Shown piece after piece: positions 12,844-28,420 of a stretch of DNA of 64,000 nucleotides; the first letter of the stretch is position 1, and each line of letters begins with the position of its first letter. The stretch spans positions 22,816,001-22,880,000 of the forward strand of contig OZ024756.1 in assembly GCA_964016885.1 (NCBI GenBank), in the 5' to 3' direction. The DNA is from Eledone cirrhosa. Lineage: Eukaryota. The notes below the pieces were generated by a model that saw only the letters and a program-made list of their open reading frames with translations, was not told the origin of the DNA and made no database searches. Position numbers and translations under genes: made by a program.

Positions 12844-15287
12844 TACTTATGTTCATACACGGATCAAAAGCGTTACCTCAGGTTTCAAGGCCCAATATTG
12901 ACCGCATCTCCAGAATTTAATAGGGATAAAAATTGTGCCTATTTTCAGGCGCCCTTACGAGTATATAAGACACATGGTAATGTGTGGTGTGTGTGTGGAT
13001 GTGTAAAGTACAGAGAAAGATAGAGAGACATAGAGAGGAAACGAAGGGAGAGAAAGAATGAATGATTTTAAATATATTTCAATTTAGCACAATCAATATA
13101 CTAAAAGGAATTTAAATCCAAGCAAATTCATTTTAATCTCTCTCGATCCTCCCCGTTAATCCTATTGGCTTAAACATATGACATAGCTGAAATCTGTTAG
13201 AGTGTTACTGCTGTGTTTATTGTTTTTGTTGGTACAAGCGGAGATAGTAACAACTGCCGTTCATGTGTTACTATAATAAATATCTTATATGAATTATACA
13301 TCCTCAAATCTGTTATTTATCACATTTTCCTATTGGACGTAGCGTGGCCGTAAGTTTTGCAACCATTAGTCACCGGATTTGATCCTATTGTCGGCATGTG
13401 TCGTTTGCCCTAGCTTTGGGTCGTCTTATGTATAGTGAGTGAAATTGGGTTATGATTACATCTTAGTCAGGAGAAAGTACAGTAACTATTGCACTGAGAA
13501 CGCTGGGTAGCGGGTAACTTCAAACTGAAAACCAGTTTTAAATGCCTGAAATAAAAGGGACTCCACTAAATACACCCAAGATACAAGCAGTTGTGTGAAA
13601 ATAACGGGCGATTGATTATGTTGGCTAAGGTTTAGATCAGAACGTAAAAATAATTCCACCTCTCCACGGCCGCTGAAAGGAGTTCTTCAGAACCCTTTCC
13701 CCATGATCCTTTCAGGAATAAGTTGGCGAAAAAGAAGAAGAAATGATAGTGTACTATATGCTGTACGCACTGGGGAATATAAATTAGAGGTTTCTATGGG
13801 GTTAATTGGACATTTGTCATTTCTGGACTTAAATCTTGACTATCGTGTGAATAAATGGTAGATGCGTGAGTGTGTGTCCGTGAAACATACATATATATAC
13901 ACCAGGCTCGAACACAAAAGAACTAAACTCCCACTGTCACTGTCTCTGTCTCTCCCGCTCTCCCCATCTCTCATTATTATGAGCAAATGGGGACCCTTGC
14001 ACTAGCCGCCATGCGGCTCAAGGGGACTGGCCGCCTGGCGGACAGGCTAGAGAAGGCGTGTCCCCGGGGAATGGTGAGAGAGACGCGTTGAAAGAGCCAT
14101 TCTAGCTCGCGAGGCTCCCACTTGTGAGTAGCAAACAGTCTGTCGATGGTGGTGAACAGGAAATCGGTGCTGCACCCCGAAAAGATTCCATGTCTCACGC
14201 TCAAACTTTCTTCATTTATAGAGAAGGGGACGCTTTGAGAGATTACCTTGATACTTTTGACGACACAAAGTAACCAAATCAAAGAGCGAAATCTAGTGGT
14301 GTTTGTGCGTAAGGGACAGCCATTGAGTAAGACAGGATATTAGACCGCGATCTACCTTACTGATTGACCAGTACTTTATTTCTCGCCCCGGAAAGATAGA
14401 AATGCTAAATGACCTTAGATATGAACTTAAAGCACCGATGATCGAGACAATAATAGCAAGCCATAGAGTCGATTAATTCACCCATACAAACAACATTTGT
14501 ATAATCTCATAATCTTAGAAATTATTTTTGTATAATAATAAATAGTCACGATTTAAAATAGAGATAAAACGATATATTACCATGGCAACTATTATATTAC
14601 ATTGCGATTAGTTAATAGAAATACAAAAATTAGTCATAGAAATACAAAATTTATCTGTTTGGCGGATGAGAAGTTAAAAACCTAAACCACTTGATTTGAT
14701 CTGCTGATTGCATTTTGCTTCGATTAGAAGTCTTTTAAGATATTCAAAGATATCAAAAAGTGGCATACAAACAATCACCTAGACACACATACATACAATC
14801 ACATATATACATAAACACAATAATAACTGATTATATAACATATAAAGACGCAAATATGCTCACAAGGACCTTATTCGTAGATTAGATATATTGGTTGGTT
14901 AGAAGTATTGTATATAAAATGGATGCTTTGCGGAGATTTAGAGAGACAGATATCTAGGAAAATATGCTGCTATGAAGATATAAAATGATATGTAAATACA
15001 TACATACATGCACATACACATACACGTTCATAAACGCGCACCGGCAGAGGGAGACAATCGTAAATGGAGAGAATGGATAATTTGGTTGGTACTAATATCT
15101 ACAAATTAAGACATATATATATACATATTCATATATACATATACGTATATGCATATATATTTTTAGTTATACATATATAGTTTTCCAAGAGATGTGAACA
15201 TGAATGGACCTGTTATTTTTATCTAAAGACATTTTTTTTCCAATTACAACCCACCCGCCCCTTCAATCTATCGTATTTCTCATTCTT

Positions 15288-15323
15288 TCTTCTGATGAAG
15301 GACTAGCATCCGAAACGTTAGGA
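15288..15323 (+). ncRNA. Minimal type I hammerhead ribozyme motif
   Basis: tctt CTGATGA a gga ctagca tcc GAAA cg TT agga. Confidence 0.75.
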
Positions 15324-15554
15324 CCCTCTTCCTGCTATATCAAGCATTAACCTAATATATTCCTTCAATATACTGTATCGATTGTGTTGTTATGTCTGTT
15401 TACCTTTTACATATATATATGTATATAATATTTTTCAAAATATTAATAAATGAGAAATATTATCATAACCAAAGTATATATTTTATTATACATATTTCAA
15501 AGATACAATGGTGTTTCAGTACGTTTTCATTAGATAAAATATATAAGAGATTGG

Positions 15555-15653
<99 letters not shown>

Positions 15654-16022
15654 CGAGAGAGAGAGAGAGAGAGTTAAGTAGGTGAGTGTAAAGTGAGGGA
15701 AACCTACAAGCCAGTCCAGCAACATCACTTTCAATGGCCTGATGGTTTCACCAGACCAGACACAGTGATATGGGACAGAAGAGAGAAAAGCCTGAGCAGT
15801 AGTGGAAACTAACTGAAAAATATGCAATAACATCCATATCTGCACACACAGAAGCGCATATGGACATACATACGTTACTTAGTATATATTGTCTAACTTC
15901 CATTGAAATAGTTTTGTTTCTCTGTTAGAGACCGACTTTCTCACTCTATTGGTGAAAATTTACGAAAAATTTTAAATAATAAAACCAATAGTAGCGACAT
16001 AAATACATATAAATATATATAT

Positions 16023-16069
<47 letters not shown>

Positions 16070-16459
16070 GCCATATATAATTTAGAGACTTCGTAACTTA
16101 TCTGACTTTTTTTACGTGTTGCAACTATTCTACTATATTCTTTATCATTTCAATATGAATCTCTGCATCTAACACAAAGTCATTTTAGCACTTACATTGA
16201 ACTTACATTAAACGTCCACCACACCTTCACTTTACATATTGAGCTGAAACACGTTTAAATATCTATAACAGATTTTTATCTTTAGCTCCTATTCAAAATT
16301 TCTTTTACAACCTCATGCTTGCTTTCGAAATGATTTTACAACGAAATGAAATGTTGCTTTATTTCATATTTCATGTGGCAATATTTATATCCTTTGTACT
16401 TATCTTTGCCGTTTTCTGATTTAGATTATATCTTATGCGCCATTTTGAAGATTCGTATT

Positions 16460-16531
<72 letters not shown>

Positions 16532-16649
16532 GGGGAGAGAAAGAGAGGGAGGGAGAGAGAGAGAGATAGAGTTTTATATATATATAAATATACATATATA
16601 TATACATATATATATCTATATATATATATCTGCCTCTCTCTCTCTTTAT

Positions 16650-16687
<38 letters not shown>

Positions 16688-16809
16688 AAGAGAGAGCGAG
16701 ACAGAGAGTTTTATATACATAAACATATATATATATACATACATATATATATAGAGAGAGAGAGAGACAGAGAGAGATTTATATATATATATATATAAAT
16801 CTCTCTCTG

Positions 16810-16842
<33 letters not shown>

Positions 16843-17062
16843 TTAAACACGCAATTTCCTTTATATTTTGTATCAGAGTATAGCACTTTCTGTCTATTAT
16901 TTCAATCATTATAACGTATTCGGAGCCACACATATTTTGATATTATATCCGAATCTGTTTTACACTATTGTTACATAATACCTAGCAACACCATATTGTC
17001 GTTGGTGTACATAGCATAATAAGTGTTTATTATATATTTGTATTTATTACATATTTGTATAG

Positions 17063-17125
<63 letters not shown>

Positions 17126-17142
17126 CGAAGCAGTTGTGGTAA

Positions 17143-17307
17143 GGAACCAGATGGACCATAACGCACCAAAGTACTCAATATTTAGGGTAGTAGAGTGGGT
17201 AATAGGAGAAAGTATGACTCCCACGGCAGAGCTTAAGCCGTTTCGACGGCTATTTCCAGAAATAGCCGTCGAAACTGCTTCAGCACTGCCGTCGGGTCAT
17301 ACTTTCT

Positions 17308-17312
<5 letters not shown>
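17143..17312. mobile_element. TA-flanked element with fold-back end (17202-17312); HHR 3' half only
   Basis: The family consensus is GAAA cggc..gccg TC ggg, and the turn is at tatttc/ca/gaaata. Relatives lie at 26270-26396, 32970-33035, 55937-55970 and 59545-59702. Confidence 0.7.
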
Positions 17313-17352
<40 letters not shown>

Positions 17353-17468
17353 TATATATATCTACACACACACACACATATATATATATATACACATACA
17401 TGGCATATATATCTACATATATATATATAATAAAGAAGAAATTAAAAGATGGTTAAAAGAGTTCCATA

Positions 17469-17538
17469 TATTTTATTATGCGCATTTCGAATACAAAGTC
17501 ATCTTGGGACACAAATTGTGTTCTCATCAGATAAAATA
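17469..17538 (-). ncRNA. Type I hammerhead ribozyme motif (mirror copy)
   Basis: Near-exact reverse complement of 17646-17715. Confidence 0.8.
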
Positions 17539-17645
17539 AGGTAACATGATATGAGGCATAATAGCACTTGTATACAGGAAAGTGCTAAGTCTACATATGC
17601 ACTTTCCTGTAAACAAGTGCTATTATGCCTCATATCATGTTACCT

Positions 17646-17715
17646 TATTTTATCTGATGAGAACACAATTTTTGTCCCAAGATGACTTTGTATTCGAAAT
17701 GCGCATAATAAAATA
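17646..17715 (+). ncRNA. Type I hammerhead ribozyme motif
   Basis: tattttat CTGATGA gaacacaa..ttgtattc GAAA tgcgca TA ataaaata. Stem I is 8 bp and stem III is the palindrome ATGCGCAT. Confidence 0.82.
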
Positions 17716-17970
17716 TATGGAACTCTTTTAACCATCTTTTAATTTCTTCTTTCTCATATATACTCCAGTTCTACCAACTGTTGAGTGCTACTTATCTGAT
17801 ATATGCATATATATCTACATATATATCTACATATATATTTATATATATGCATACATACGTGGCATATATATCTACATATACATATATATACATACATACA
17901 TGGCATATATATCTAAATATATTATGAAAATAAACCAAAGAAGCCTTCAATACATCAAAAGTCTTTATTA

Positions 17971-18008
17971 GCCAACAATGTTTCGTCCTATTAAGGACTC
18001 ATCAGGGC
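17971..18008 (-). ncRNA. Type I hammerhead ribozyme motif (canonical stem II)
   Basis: Reverse complement: gcc CTGATGA gtcc ttaata ggac GAAA cattg TT ggc, then taataaa. Confidence 0.82.
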
Positions 18009-18156
18009 AATTAAAGCTATAAGAAGCACCATCGGCCAATACAAGCCAAAAACTCATAGGAAAATAGGAAAATTATCGGGTAAAAATTATCAAGTCAAAA
18101 TTGCTATATATATATATATATGTATATATATACATACATACATGGCATATATATCT

Positions 18157-18254
<98 letters not shown>

Positions 18255-18495
18255 ATAATAATTAATAATAGTAATAATAATAAATTTGAAGACTAAAATC
18301 CAAAGTGGGCTCGATAAGGATAAATATATATCAAATATATAAGAACCGTAGAGCAAATATTTATTAAAATAACAGATTAAAGTTTAAGCAAAGAATCGCT
18401 GCTCTCACCCTTTTTTATTTCTTTATATTTATATCCGTTAATTTTGTAATTGTTTGTAACGGTTTTTTCTTGTAAAGCTCGAGATAGGGCAGAAA

Positions 18496-18576
<81 letters not shown>

Positions 18577-19495
18577 AGAGAGGGAGAGAAAGAGAGGGAG
18601 AGAAAGAGAGAGAGAGAGCGAGAGAGAGAGAGAGAGAGAGAGAGGGGCGGGGTATATAGAGGAAGAATATACTTCAGTAATTGACAGAAATGTTATCTTT
18701 TATTGACCTCAAAAGGATGAAAGACACAGCTGACCTCGGCGTGATTTGAATTCAGAAAGCAGAGAACTAGAATGAATATCGCAAAGCTTTTTATACAACG
18801 TTCTAACGCCAATGTTAATTCTAATGTCAATTTGCCGCCTTCACCATATATTAAATACAAGCATATATACACTTAAATGACTGATGAGTATAATGTGGTA
18901 GAAACATATAAAGGGAAGTGTAATAACCCTCGAATATTATGTTAAAATATACTGGCTGAATACATTACTTTGATTTGTATTGTCATCTTTTGCTCTTTAT
19001 ATATTTCTACTGAATTGTATCAGCTTTCTGAGAAACTTGTCAGTCATTTATTACTTATCTCACATGCCTCATATTAACTATACTGTTTTTTACACTTAAT
19101 TGATTTAAAATAAAAATTATATATATGAAACATGTACGACTTCCTTGGTTTTAGAAACACTTCGAGTATCGCCACAAAATGCTATTGTGGACAATTCCTG
19201 TTCCACATGGGTAACAGTGTTTTTATAACCCTAATATTTTTTCTCAATTTAGAAACATGATTACCTAGCAAAATGCCTATTAGACATACAAGATATTCCT
19301 TCGTTGATCGTTATAAATTTCAAAATGGCGCATATTTAAATTGTATTTCTTATCATGCTGCAGTTGCATCGGTTAAATATTGCACATTGACGCTATGTTT
19401 GAAATAAAAATATATTATAAATTTCCTTCGTTTCAATTGGTGTTATTCATTTATTTGAACATTGCATTTTAAAAGGGATTTAATACATACAAACT

Positions 19496-19550
<55 letters not shown>

Positions 19551-19556
<6 letters not shown>

Positions 19557-19722
19557 ACTAGAAATTGATTGACATATATATATATCTAAAATAAACATAT
19601 GAAACAATCTCAGGGAATAATTTGTAAAAGTGTGTAAGTGCACATAGCTACAAATTATTCCCTGTGATTGTTTCATGTGTTTATTTTAGATATATATATG
19701 TCAATCAATTTCTAGTTGATAT
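19551..19722. repeat. Fold-back inverted repeat (about 75-bp arms, 22-nt spacer) next to a TA tract
   Basis: atatcaactagaaattgattgac...tttgta / tacaaa...gtcaatcaatttctagttgatat. Confidence 0.85.
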
Positions 19723-19832
19723 AAAATGCTCGGATCTATTCATTGGAATCTTGGAGCATATTCTACAGTGGGTATGGCGCATGTCTCTCTGATATGACAC
19801 AATTTAATTTGGGATATATATATATATATATA

Positions 19833-19942
<110 letters not shown>

Positions 19943-20038
19943 TATTTGTATATGCATGTATATATGCATATATATATAAGTATATATATATATGTATTTA
20001 TAAGTATATATAAATACATATATATATGTATGTGTGAA

Positions 20039-20365
20039 GGCGCATGGCTTAGTGGTTAGAGCATTGGGCTTGCAATTGAGAGGTTGTGAGTTCAATTCAC
20101 GGACCGGGTGATGCGTTGTGTCCTTGAGCAAGACACTTTATTTCACGTTGCTCCAGTTTACTCAGCTGAGTTGCGACGCCACTGGTGCCAAGCTGTATCG
20201 GCCATTGCCTTTCCCTTGGACAACATCGGTGGCGTGGAGAGGGGGAGGCTAGTTTGCATGGGCGACTGCTGGTCTTGCACAAAACAAACCTTGCCCAGGC
20301 TTGTGCCTCAGAGGGGAACTTTCTAGGCGCAAACCATGGTCATTCGTGAACGAGTGGGGCCTTTA
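20039..20365 (+). mobile_element. tRNA-derived SINE, family A (long copy)
   Basis: A box tggcttagtgg, B box gagttcaattc, and core tgtgtccttgagcaagacactttatttcacgttgctcc. Confidence 0.85.
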
Positions 20366-20401
20366 GAATGTATGTATCTGTAAATATATTTATATATGCA
20401 T

Positions 20402-20461
<60 letters not shown>

Positions 20462-20465
<4 letters not shown>

Positions 20466-20669
20466 ATAGAATAGCTTTCACTGTATTTTTGACTAAAGGA
20501 ATTTCAGCCTGATAATGGGGTTTAGAACCCTCAGATAAATGGAAAAAGATGAGTATTGACGTACATGGGAGTCAATACTCATCTTTTTCCATTTATCTGA
20601 GGGTTCTAAACCCCATTATCAGGCTAAAATTCCTTTAGTCAAAAATACAGTGAAAGCTATTCTATTTTC
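20462..20669. repeat. Fold-back palindrome (99-bp arms, 10-nt loop) between TA tracts
   Basis: gaaaatagaatagc...gtattgac / gtacatggga / gtcaatac...gctattctattttc, with 2 mismatches. No clear HHR core. Confidence 0.9.
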
Positions 20670-20708
20670 TAATTTCAAACCTGCTCACTGTTTCAAAACA
20701 TACTTACT

Positions 20709-20743
<35 letters not shown>

Positions 20744-21260
20744 TATGTGGCCTCACACATATATACGTAAAGAGGCATACCAAGAAAGATATATATATAC
20801 ATACAAATATATATATATATATATATAAATATATAAATGTATATATGCGTGAGTGTGTGTGCCTATGTGTGCCTGTGTATATGTGTGTGTATGCGTATGT
20901 GTGCACGTTCCTTCGTGTGTGTCTGTCTGTGTGTATCTAAGGACATACACATACACCCTCTTTATTGATTTTTACAATGGCGGCGCTTTAACTTAATTGC
21001 TTTTTTTAATATACTTTTTAAATATCTTCCAAAATTCTATTAATGATATTACATTCGTTATTATTAGACTATCAATATAAGATTTGACAATATTGTTATT
21101 AGTATTATTAACATTATTAGCTGTAGATGTATGTTTTCAATTATTTACTTCAAATTGATTGAAATTATGGCATTCCATATTTTAATCGATTTTGGAAGTG
21201 ATGTATATAGATCAAAGAATTTGGTGTCACACTTTATATCACATTATTTTGAGTGTGAAA

Positions 21261-21448
21261 GGGGGTGGATTGGCAGTATCGGTAGAGGGTCGGACGCCAT
21301 GCTTTCCAGCATAGTTACGTCCCTTTACGATCTGAGTTCAAATCCCGCCGAGGTTGACTTTGCCTTTCATCCTTACGGGGTCGATAAAATAAAGTACCAG
21401 TAATGCACTGGGTAATTGCTGGCCTTGTGCCTAAAAGTAGAAACAATT
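21261..21448 (+). mobile_element. SINE, family B, with 16-bp TSD
   Basis: ggtggattggcag...gagttcaaatcccgccgagg...ggggtcgataaaataaagtaccag...gaaacaatt. The TSD attattttgagtgtga is at 21243 and 21446. Confidence 0.85.
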
Positions 21449-21500
21449 ATTTTGAGTGTGATGGCGAGGTATTTCTTTCATTCTATATATATATATGCAA

Positions 21501-21535
<35 letters not shown>

Positions 21536-21536
21536 A

Positions 21537-21597
<61 letters not shown>

Positions 21598-21681
21598 ATA
21601 TACACCCAAACAAACAATATATCTATATATATATATATATATAAACATATATATTGTTTGTTTGCGTATGTATGTATATAT

Positions 21682-21734
<53 letters not shown>

Positions 21735-21994
21735 TATATTGTTTGTTTGGGTGTATATATATATATATATATATGTGTGAATATATATACATTTGCATAT
21801 ATATATACATATATATATAGAATGATGTGTGTATGTATGTATATGTGTTTATAAATATATATATATATATAAATATATTCATACATATATATATATACAT
21901 ACATATATATATATGTGTTTCAGAAGATCCCGTTAAGCAGCGATTCTTTGCTTAAACTTTAATCTGTTATTTTAATAAATATATTCATACATAT

Positions 21995-22025
<31 letters not shown>

Positions 22026-22038
22026 AATATATTCATAC

Positions 22039-22156
<118 letters not shown>

Positions 22157-22207
22157 GTATGAATATATTTATATATATATAAACACATATACATACACAC
22201 GCAAACA

Positions 22208-22262
<55 letters not shown>

Positions 22263-22757
22263 TATATGCGCCTGTTCGAGTATATATATGTGTGTGTGTC
22301 TGTTCGTGTACGTATGCGTATATGAATTTATGTATGTATGTGTATGTCAATTTGATATAACTTCAATTATTAATTTTTGTAAATCGTCATTCTGAACAGA
22401 ACGATGAATAAAGACTTTTCACTGTATACTCCGCAGGGAGACTTATCGTGGTGGTAAACAGATAATGATCCCAAAATCTCTGAAGTGCATAAATGTAATC
22501 TCTTTTGGTTTCCTGATTACAGTTCATTCTTTTCACAGCGAGGTTTCTAATAGAGGCATTAATAGAGGCATACGCGTAGACGCTCACACAGAAATAAATA
22601 TATATTGTATAAATAGGGTCATATTGTTATAATATTGCCAGAAATAATAATAAAAAACATTCATTGTTTGGTTTGGATTGGTTTTCACTTCTCTATCTTT
22701 TATAGCTCCATAGTTAATTTAGAAATACAGATATACATATATATTTATATATAATCT

Positions 22758-22799
22758 ATCAAAGTCCTTTCGTCGCGCATCTGTGACATCATCAGCGGT
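22758..22799 (-). ncRNA. Hammerhead ribozyme motif, diverged relative of 10098-10142
   Basis: Reverse complement: accg CTGATGA tgtcac agatgcg cgac GAAA ggac TT tgat. Confidence 0.55.
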
Positions 22800-22990
22800 A
22801 CTATTATGTTTCATGCCGTTGTATTGTAATGACTACGCCATTTATATATATATAAATGTGTGTGTATATGTATATATAATATATATATATATATATTATA
22901 TATATATATATATTATATATATATATACACACACACACACATTATGCATCTCCCAATGATTAGTCATCTCCCCGGTCTCAACACCGTTGA

Positions 22991-23074
<84 letters not shown>

Positions 23075-23396
23075 TTATGCTGAAAGCTTATAGTTTTAAG
23101 CAGACAGTATTATTGATTTAGGTGTCATAGAAACCCTGCATTTGGGTTTTACCACCAGTTCCATTTGGGTCCAGGTTTTTATCATTTATTTTGTTTGACC
23201 TGTTTAGCTTGATTTGTTTTTTGGCTTAGGTGGTTAATGCCTTCTTAACCACTTTTTCAGTTTGTATGGCGTTTTAACACATTGTTTAGCTTTGGTTTTT
23301 TAACTATTGTGCGCTTGTCAGCATTTCTACGATTTCGCGTTTCGTTTCGCTTTTTCTACCAGCCGAAATACGATACTCGCTGAATTATATTGTATA

Positions 23397-23489
<93 letters not shown>

Positions 23490-23494
23490 GTATA

Positions 23495-23728
<234 letters not shown>

Positions 23729-23903
23729 GTATATATATATATATATGTATGTATATATATATATATATGTATGTATATATATATATGTATATATATATAT
23801 ATGTATATATATATATGTATATATATATGTATATATATATATATATGTATGTATATATATATATATATATGTATGTATATATATATGTATGTATATATAT
23901 ATG

Positions 23904-23979
<76 letters not shown>

Positions 23980-24241
23980 GGAGGTGAGTTTTATTGTAGT
24001 ACAATAAAGCTATGCAGATATCGGATGAGAAGCACTCTACAGTTTGTAGGACTGGAGTATATATATACATATATATATATATACATATATATACATATAT
24101 ATATATATACATATATATACATATATATATATATACATATATATATATTTATATATATATATGTATATATATACATATATATATATATACATATATATAT
24201 AAATATATATAGATAAACATATATATATATACATTTATATA

Positions 24242-24273
<32 letters not shown>

Positions 24274-24352
24274 CACATATACATATATACATATATACAT
24301 ATATACATATACATTTATACATATATATATATACATTTATATACTTATATAC

Positions 24353-24400
<48 letters not shown>

Positions 24401-24618
24401 AAACAATGAAGATACAGCAATGAAGACATATAACGGTTACGACGTATTTGTGTTTATATCCATACATATAAATCTTATTGGATGTGTGAGTGTGGTTCCC
24501 TGTGTTTTTACAAATCCATAAAGAGGAAAGTATGAGAGAAGGACATTGTGAATCTAAAGGAATAACCATGTAAAACATTATTAATGTAGATAAGGAGTGA
24601 AAACTATAGAGTGAGACA

Positions 24619-24908
24619 GGGAAGGTATGTTAAACATAGAGAGGGGTGGTGTAGAGAGTGGGGGAAGGTGTGTTAAACATAGAGAGGGGTGGTGTAGAGA
24701 GTGGGGGAAGGTGTGTTAAACATAGAGAGGGGTGGTGTAGAGAGTGGGGGAAGGTGTGTTAAACATAATGAGGGGTGGTGTAGAGAGTGGGGGAAGGTGT
24801 GTCAAACATAGAGAGGGGTGGTATAGAGAGTGGGGGAAGGTGTGTTGAACATAGAGAGGGGTGGTGTAGAGAGTGGGGCAGGGAAGGTGTGTTAAACATA
24901 GAGAGGGG
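24619..24908. repeat. 43-bp G-rich minisatellite, about 7 copies
   Basis: Unit gggaaggtgtgttaaacatagagaggggtggtgtagagagtgg. Confidence 0.9.
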
Positions 24909-25321
24909 GAGGATGAGTGAGCGTGAGAGTGAGAAAGAAGAAGGGGAGGAAAAACCCCAGAGCTTAGAAGACGTAAAAGAGAGATAGGTGAGAGGAGTGA
25001 GATGGGTGAGATGGGTGAGAGAGAGAGTGAGAGGAGAGAGTGAGAGGAGTGAGTGAGAGGAGTGAGTGAGAGGAGAGAGTGAGAGGAGTGAGTGAGAGGA
25101 GTGAGTGAGAGGAGTGAGTGAGAGGAGTGGGTGAGAGGAGAGAGTGAGAGGAGTGAGTGAGAGGAGAGAGATGGGACAGAGCGAGAGGAGAGAGATGGGT
25201 GAGAGAGAATGAGATGGGTAAGAGAGAATGAGATGGGTGAGAGAGAATGAGATGGGTGAGAGAGAATGAGATGCGTGAGAGAGAGTGAGAGAGGGGTAGG
25301 AGAGAGTGAGAGAGAGAGTGA

Positions 25322-25358
<37 letters not shown>

Positions 25359-26014
25359 GTGAGAGAGAGAGGGATAGAGGAGAGAGGGCGGGAAAGTGTG
25401 AGGGGAGAGAGATAGGTGAGAGAGAGAAATATCTTAGGAAGGACAGAGACTGGAAAATATAAATGTAAGAGAGAGAGAGTGTGTATGTGTGCGTGTTTGT
25501 ATGAGAGTGTGTATGTGTGTGTGATTGTGTTATGTGAGTGAATGTGTCATGTGTGAATGTATGGTCTTGTCTCACTGTGTGTGTGTGAATGTGTCCGTGT
25601 GTGCCTGCATAAATGTTTGTCCGTTTGTGAACTGTTTCTTTGTGTTTGTAGAAGATAGAAACACTATAAGATGATGGAAATCGCCACTGTTTTATGTCAC
25701 AGTGTTACGTGACCAAACAGAGAAAAAATAATCAAATGAAAAACAATGACATATAATTTGACCAAAACCTGAACAAAAGAGGAAAACGTTTACGATTTAC
25801 TGTTATGTCAGAGATGAAATTTTCTCTTCTTTTTTTCTTACATAAATATTACAGTAAAATATGGTGAAAACATTTCTAAAATACCTTAGATCCGATATTG
25901 GAAAGAAAGTGTAACGGCTGCCATATCTTATGTATACAAGTAATGGTATTTCAAACTCTAAATATTTACCCAGTGTGTAATTAGGAAGAATTTTTTTTAT
26001 TTCGGAGGAAATGT

Positions 26015-26083
26015 TTTGATGCCTGCATAGAAACACAACTTCGTTCATCTTGTTGAGCAGAACAAACAAAACGAAATCAGACA

Positions 26084-26085
<2 letters not shown>
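26015..26085 (-). pseudogene. Possible Penelope-like ORF extreme C-terminus
   Basis: Translation [17 protein letters not shown] resembles the LLNKRxExxxxCRHxN tail that follows PLE GIY-YIG domains. It abuts a TA tract. Confidence 0.5.
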
Positions 26086-26176
<91 letters not shown>

Positions 26177-26465
26177 CGTAGGTGTGCGTGTATATATATA
26201 TATATATATATGTATGTATAAATATATGTATATATATATATGTATATAACATATATGTATATGTATGTGGTAAGATACATGTGGACTATAACGCACCAGA
26301 GTACTTAATACTAGGAGTAGTAGCGTGGAAAACAGGAAAAGAGTCAGGGCTCCGAGACGGCTGAGCTCCAGCCGTTTCGACAGCTAGATCTGAACTATAT
26401 ATATATATATATATATATGTACACACATAAATACACACACACACCCATATGTATATATATATTGC

Positions 26466-26531
26466 CTTGTCCGACGAACAAATGAGGACGTTTTTCGTAT
26501 TCGTCTTATTCGGGAAACCTCTGGTAATGAG
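26466..26531 (+). ncRNA. Hammerhead-like motif (U4C variant or decayed)
   Basis: cttgt CCGACGA acaaatgaggacg..cgtcttattcgg GAAA cctctgg TA atgag. Confidence 0.45.
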
Positions 26532-26618
26532 CTAATTATATTGTATTGTTTATTATACATAAACATACACACACATACACACCCATATGTATATATATAT
26601 ATATATATACATAAACAT

Positions 26619-26663
<45 letters not shown>

Positions 26664-26744
26664 AACATACACACACATATATATATATATATATATACAT
26701 AAACATACACACACATATATATATATATATATATACATAAACAT

Positions 26745-26790
<46 letters not shown>

Positions 26791-26838
26791 AACAAAAAAA
26801 ATGAATTAGATGAACATCACAAAAATATACATAAACAT

Positions 26839-26894
<56 letters not shown>

Positions 26895-27480
26895 AACAAA
26901 AAAAAATGAATTAAATGAACATCACAAAAATAAATTCGATGTAAAACAAAAAACGTTGCAGGAGAAATCACCTTCCAGATCAAATGGTTGACAAGATTAA
27001 CGCAATGAAACAATGGCGATAGAGAGAGAGGGGGGAGGGGAGAGAGTGGGGTAGAGAACGACGTTATTCATGAAACATGATAAAAATGATAACAGCAGGT
27101 GTTATTTGAAATGTGCCTAAAGGACATTAAAAGACAATGTTATTTCATGTGACGTAGAAATTTATAATCACAGGGTACAGTTGCAATGTTATTTTGATGT
27201 TAATAATACATTAAATATACCTACGTATGATATTAAAGAAAGCCAAAAGGAGTGTAGGGTTGATTTGTTTTTAACAGAAGCACTTAGAAACCAAAGAAAA
27301 TATACTTTCTTAAAAAGATCTATAAAAAATATATTTAGTATATGTCATATGGGAGTATCATTACTGTATTTGCTGCGAGTAATATGATATCAGATATGAT
27401 TTCTGAAATAATATGAACTTAAAATCAAAGGATGTTCATTTAAAACTTTTCGATGAAAATCACAGGAAAACAGAGTCAAG

Positions 27481-27711
27481 ATAAATTAATAAAAACAATG
27501 ATTAAAAACAAAGAAACAGTTCTTTATATTAAAAAAATTCATCATTTTACGATCGTTTCTAGGATATATATGTGATAGTTTGTAAAATTTTTACATAGAT
27601 CTATATGATATACATACCAACATATACATATATATCCTAGAAACGATCGTAAAATGATTAATTTTTTAATATAAGGAACTGTTTCTTTGTTTTTATCCAT
27701 TATTTTTATTA

Positions 27712-27716
<5 letters not shown>
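27481..27716. mobile_element. Fold-back element, HHR 3' half (GAAA cgatcg TA) in both arms
   Basis: ttacgatcgtttctaggatatatatg ... catatatatcctagaaacgatcgtaa. Same family as 3820-4260. Confidence 0.7.
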
Positions 27717-27751
<35 letters not shown>

Positions 27752-28336
27752 CGAATATGATGAAATGTATGTTTCTTTAAATCTCATCGCTTCCTTCCGA
27801 GTTTTACATAATACTCAAAAAATAAAATATGCATACGGTTAAATAATGCAGCTAGGTAAAGCTTGTTTAAATCTGTAATACATTTCTCATCAAAAACTTT
27901 ACATACACGCATTTATGTGTGTGTACAACAAAATTTCCAATATAAAAAGAGATAGATCAAAGAATCTAAGTTACTATTGTGTGTGTGTGGGGGGGGGGGG
28001 GGTGTATGTAACACATATATATATATTGCCCTGCAATGAATGATATCTCATGTAAACAATGTCGGCTAACTTTGTTTATTAGAGCCTGAAGGAATAGCAC
28101 GCATGTGGAAATGCATGTGGGATTGAAAACCAATGGCAGCAAAACGTATTTTCTTTTTACTATTATATATATATCAACTCGTGTGTCACTTCTCAACATT
28201 CTATATATAGAATAGAAAACGAAAAGTCAGTGATGCATCTGAACTCAATTTATTGTGTGTTACAATTGTTTCGCCGGCGGACAGCTCGTGATACGATCAT
28301 TGTGTGGATCAGTCTGATTCTGGACTATAAAACACG

Positions 28337-28392
<56 letters not shown>

Positions 28393-28420
28393 GAATTATA
28401 TATATATATATATATATATA

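Larger units (their letters stand above)
17432..17800. mobile_element. Fold-back element (154-bp arms, 13-nt loop) with an HHR in each arm
   Basis: 17432-17585 versus 17599-17752, with 2 mismatches seen. The right arm extends to ttgagtgctacttatctga. Confidence 0.9.

Noticed and set aside
12870-12916. Minus-strand CTGGAGA..GAAA cctgagg TA
   Set aside because: Core A6 is mutated and stem I is absent. It is at best a relic.
18878-18915. CTGATGA..GAAA at 18881
   Set aside because: There is no convincing stem I or stem II pairing, so it is not counted as an HHR.
20462-20669. HHR inside this palindrome
   Set aside because: Only ctgaggg and ctgataa near-matches are present, without proper stems. 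It is reported as a palindrome only.
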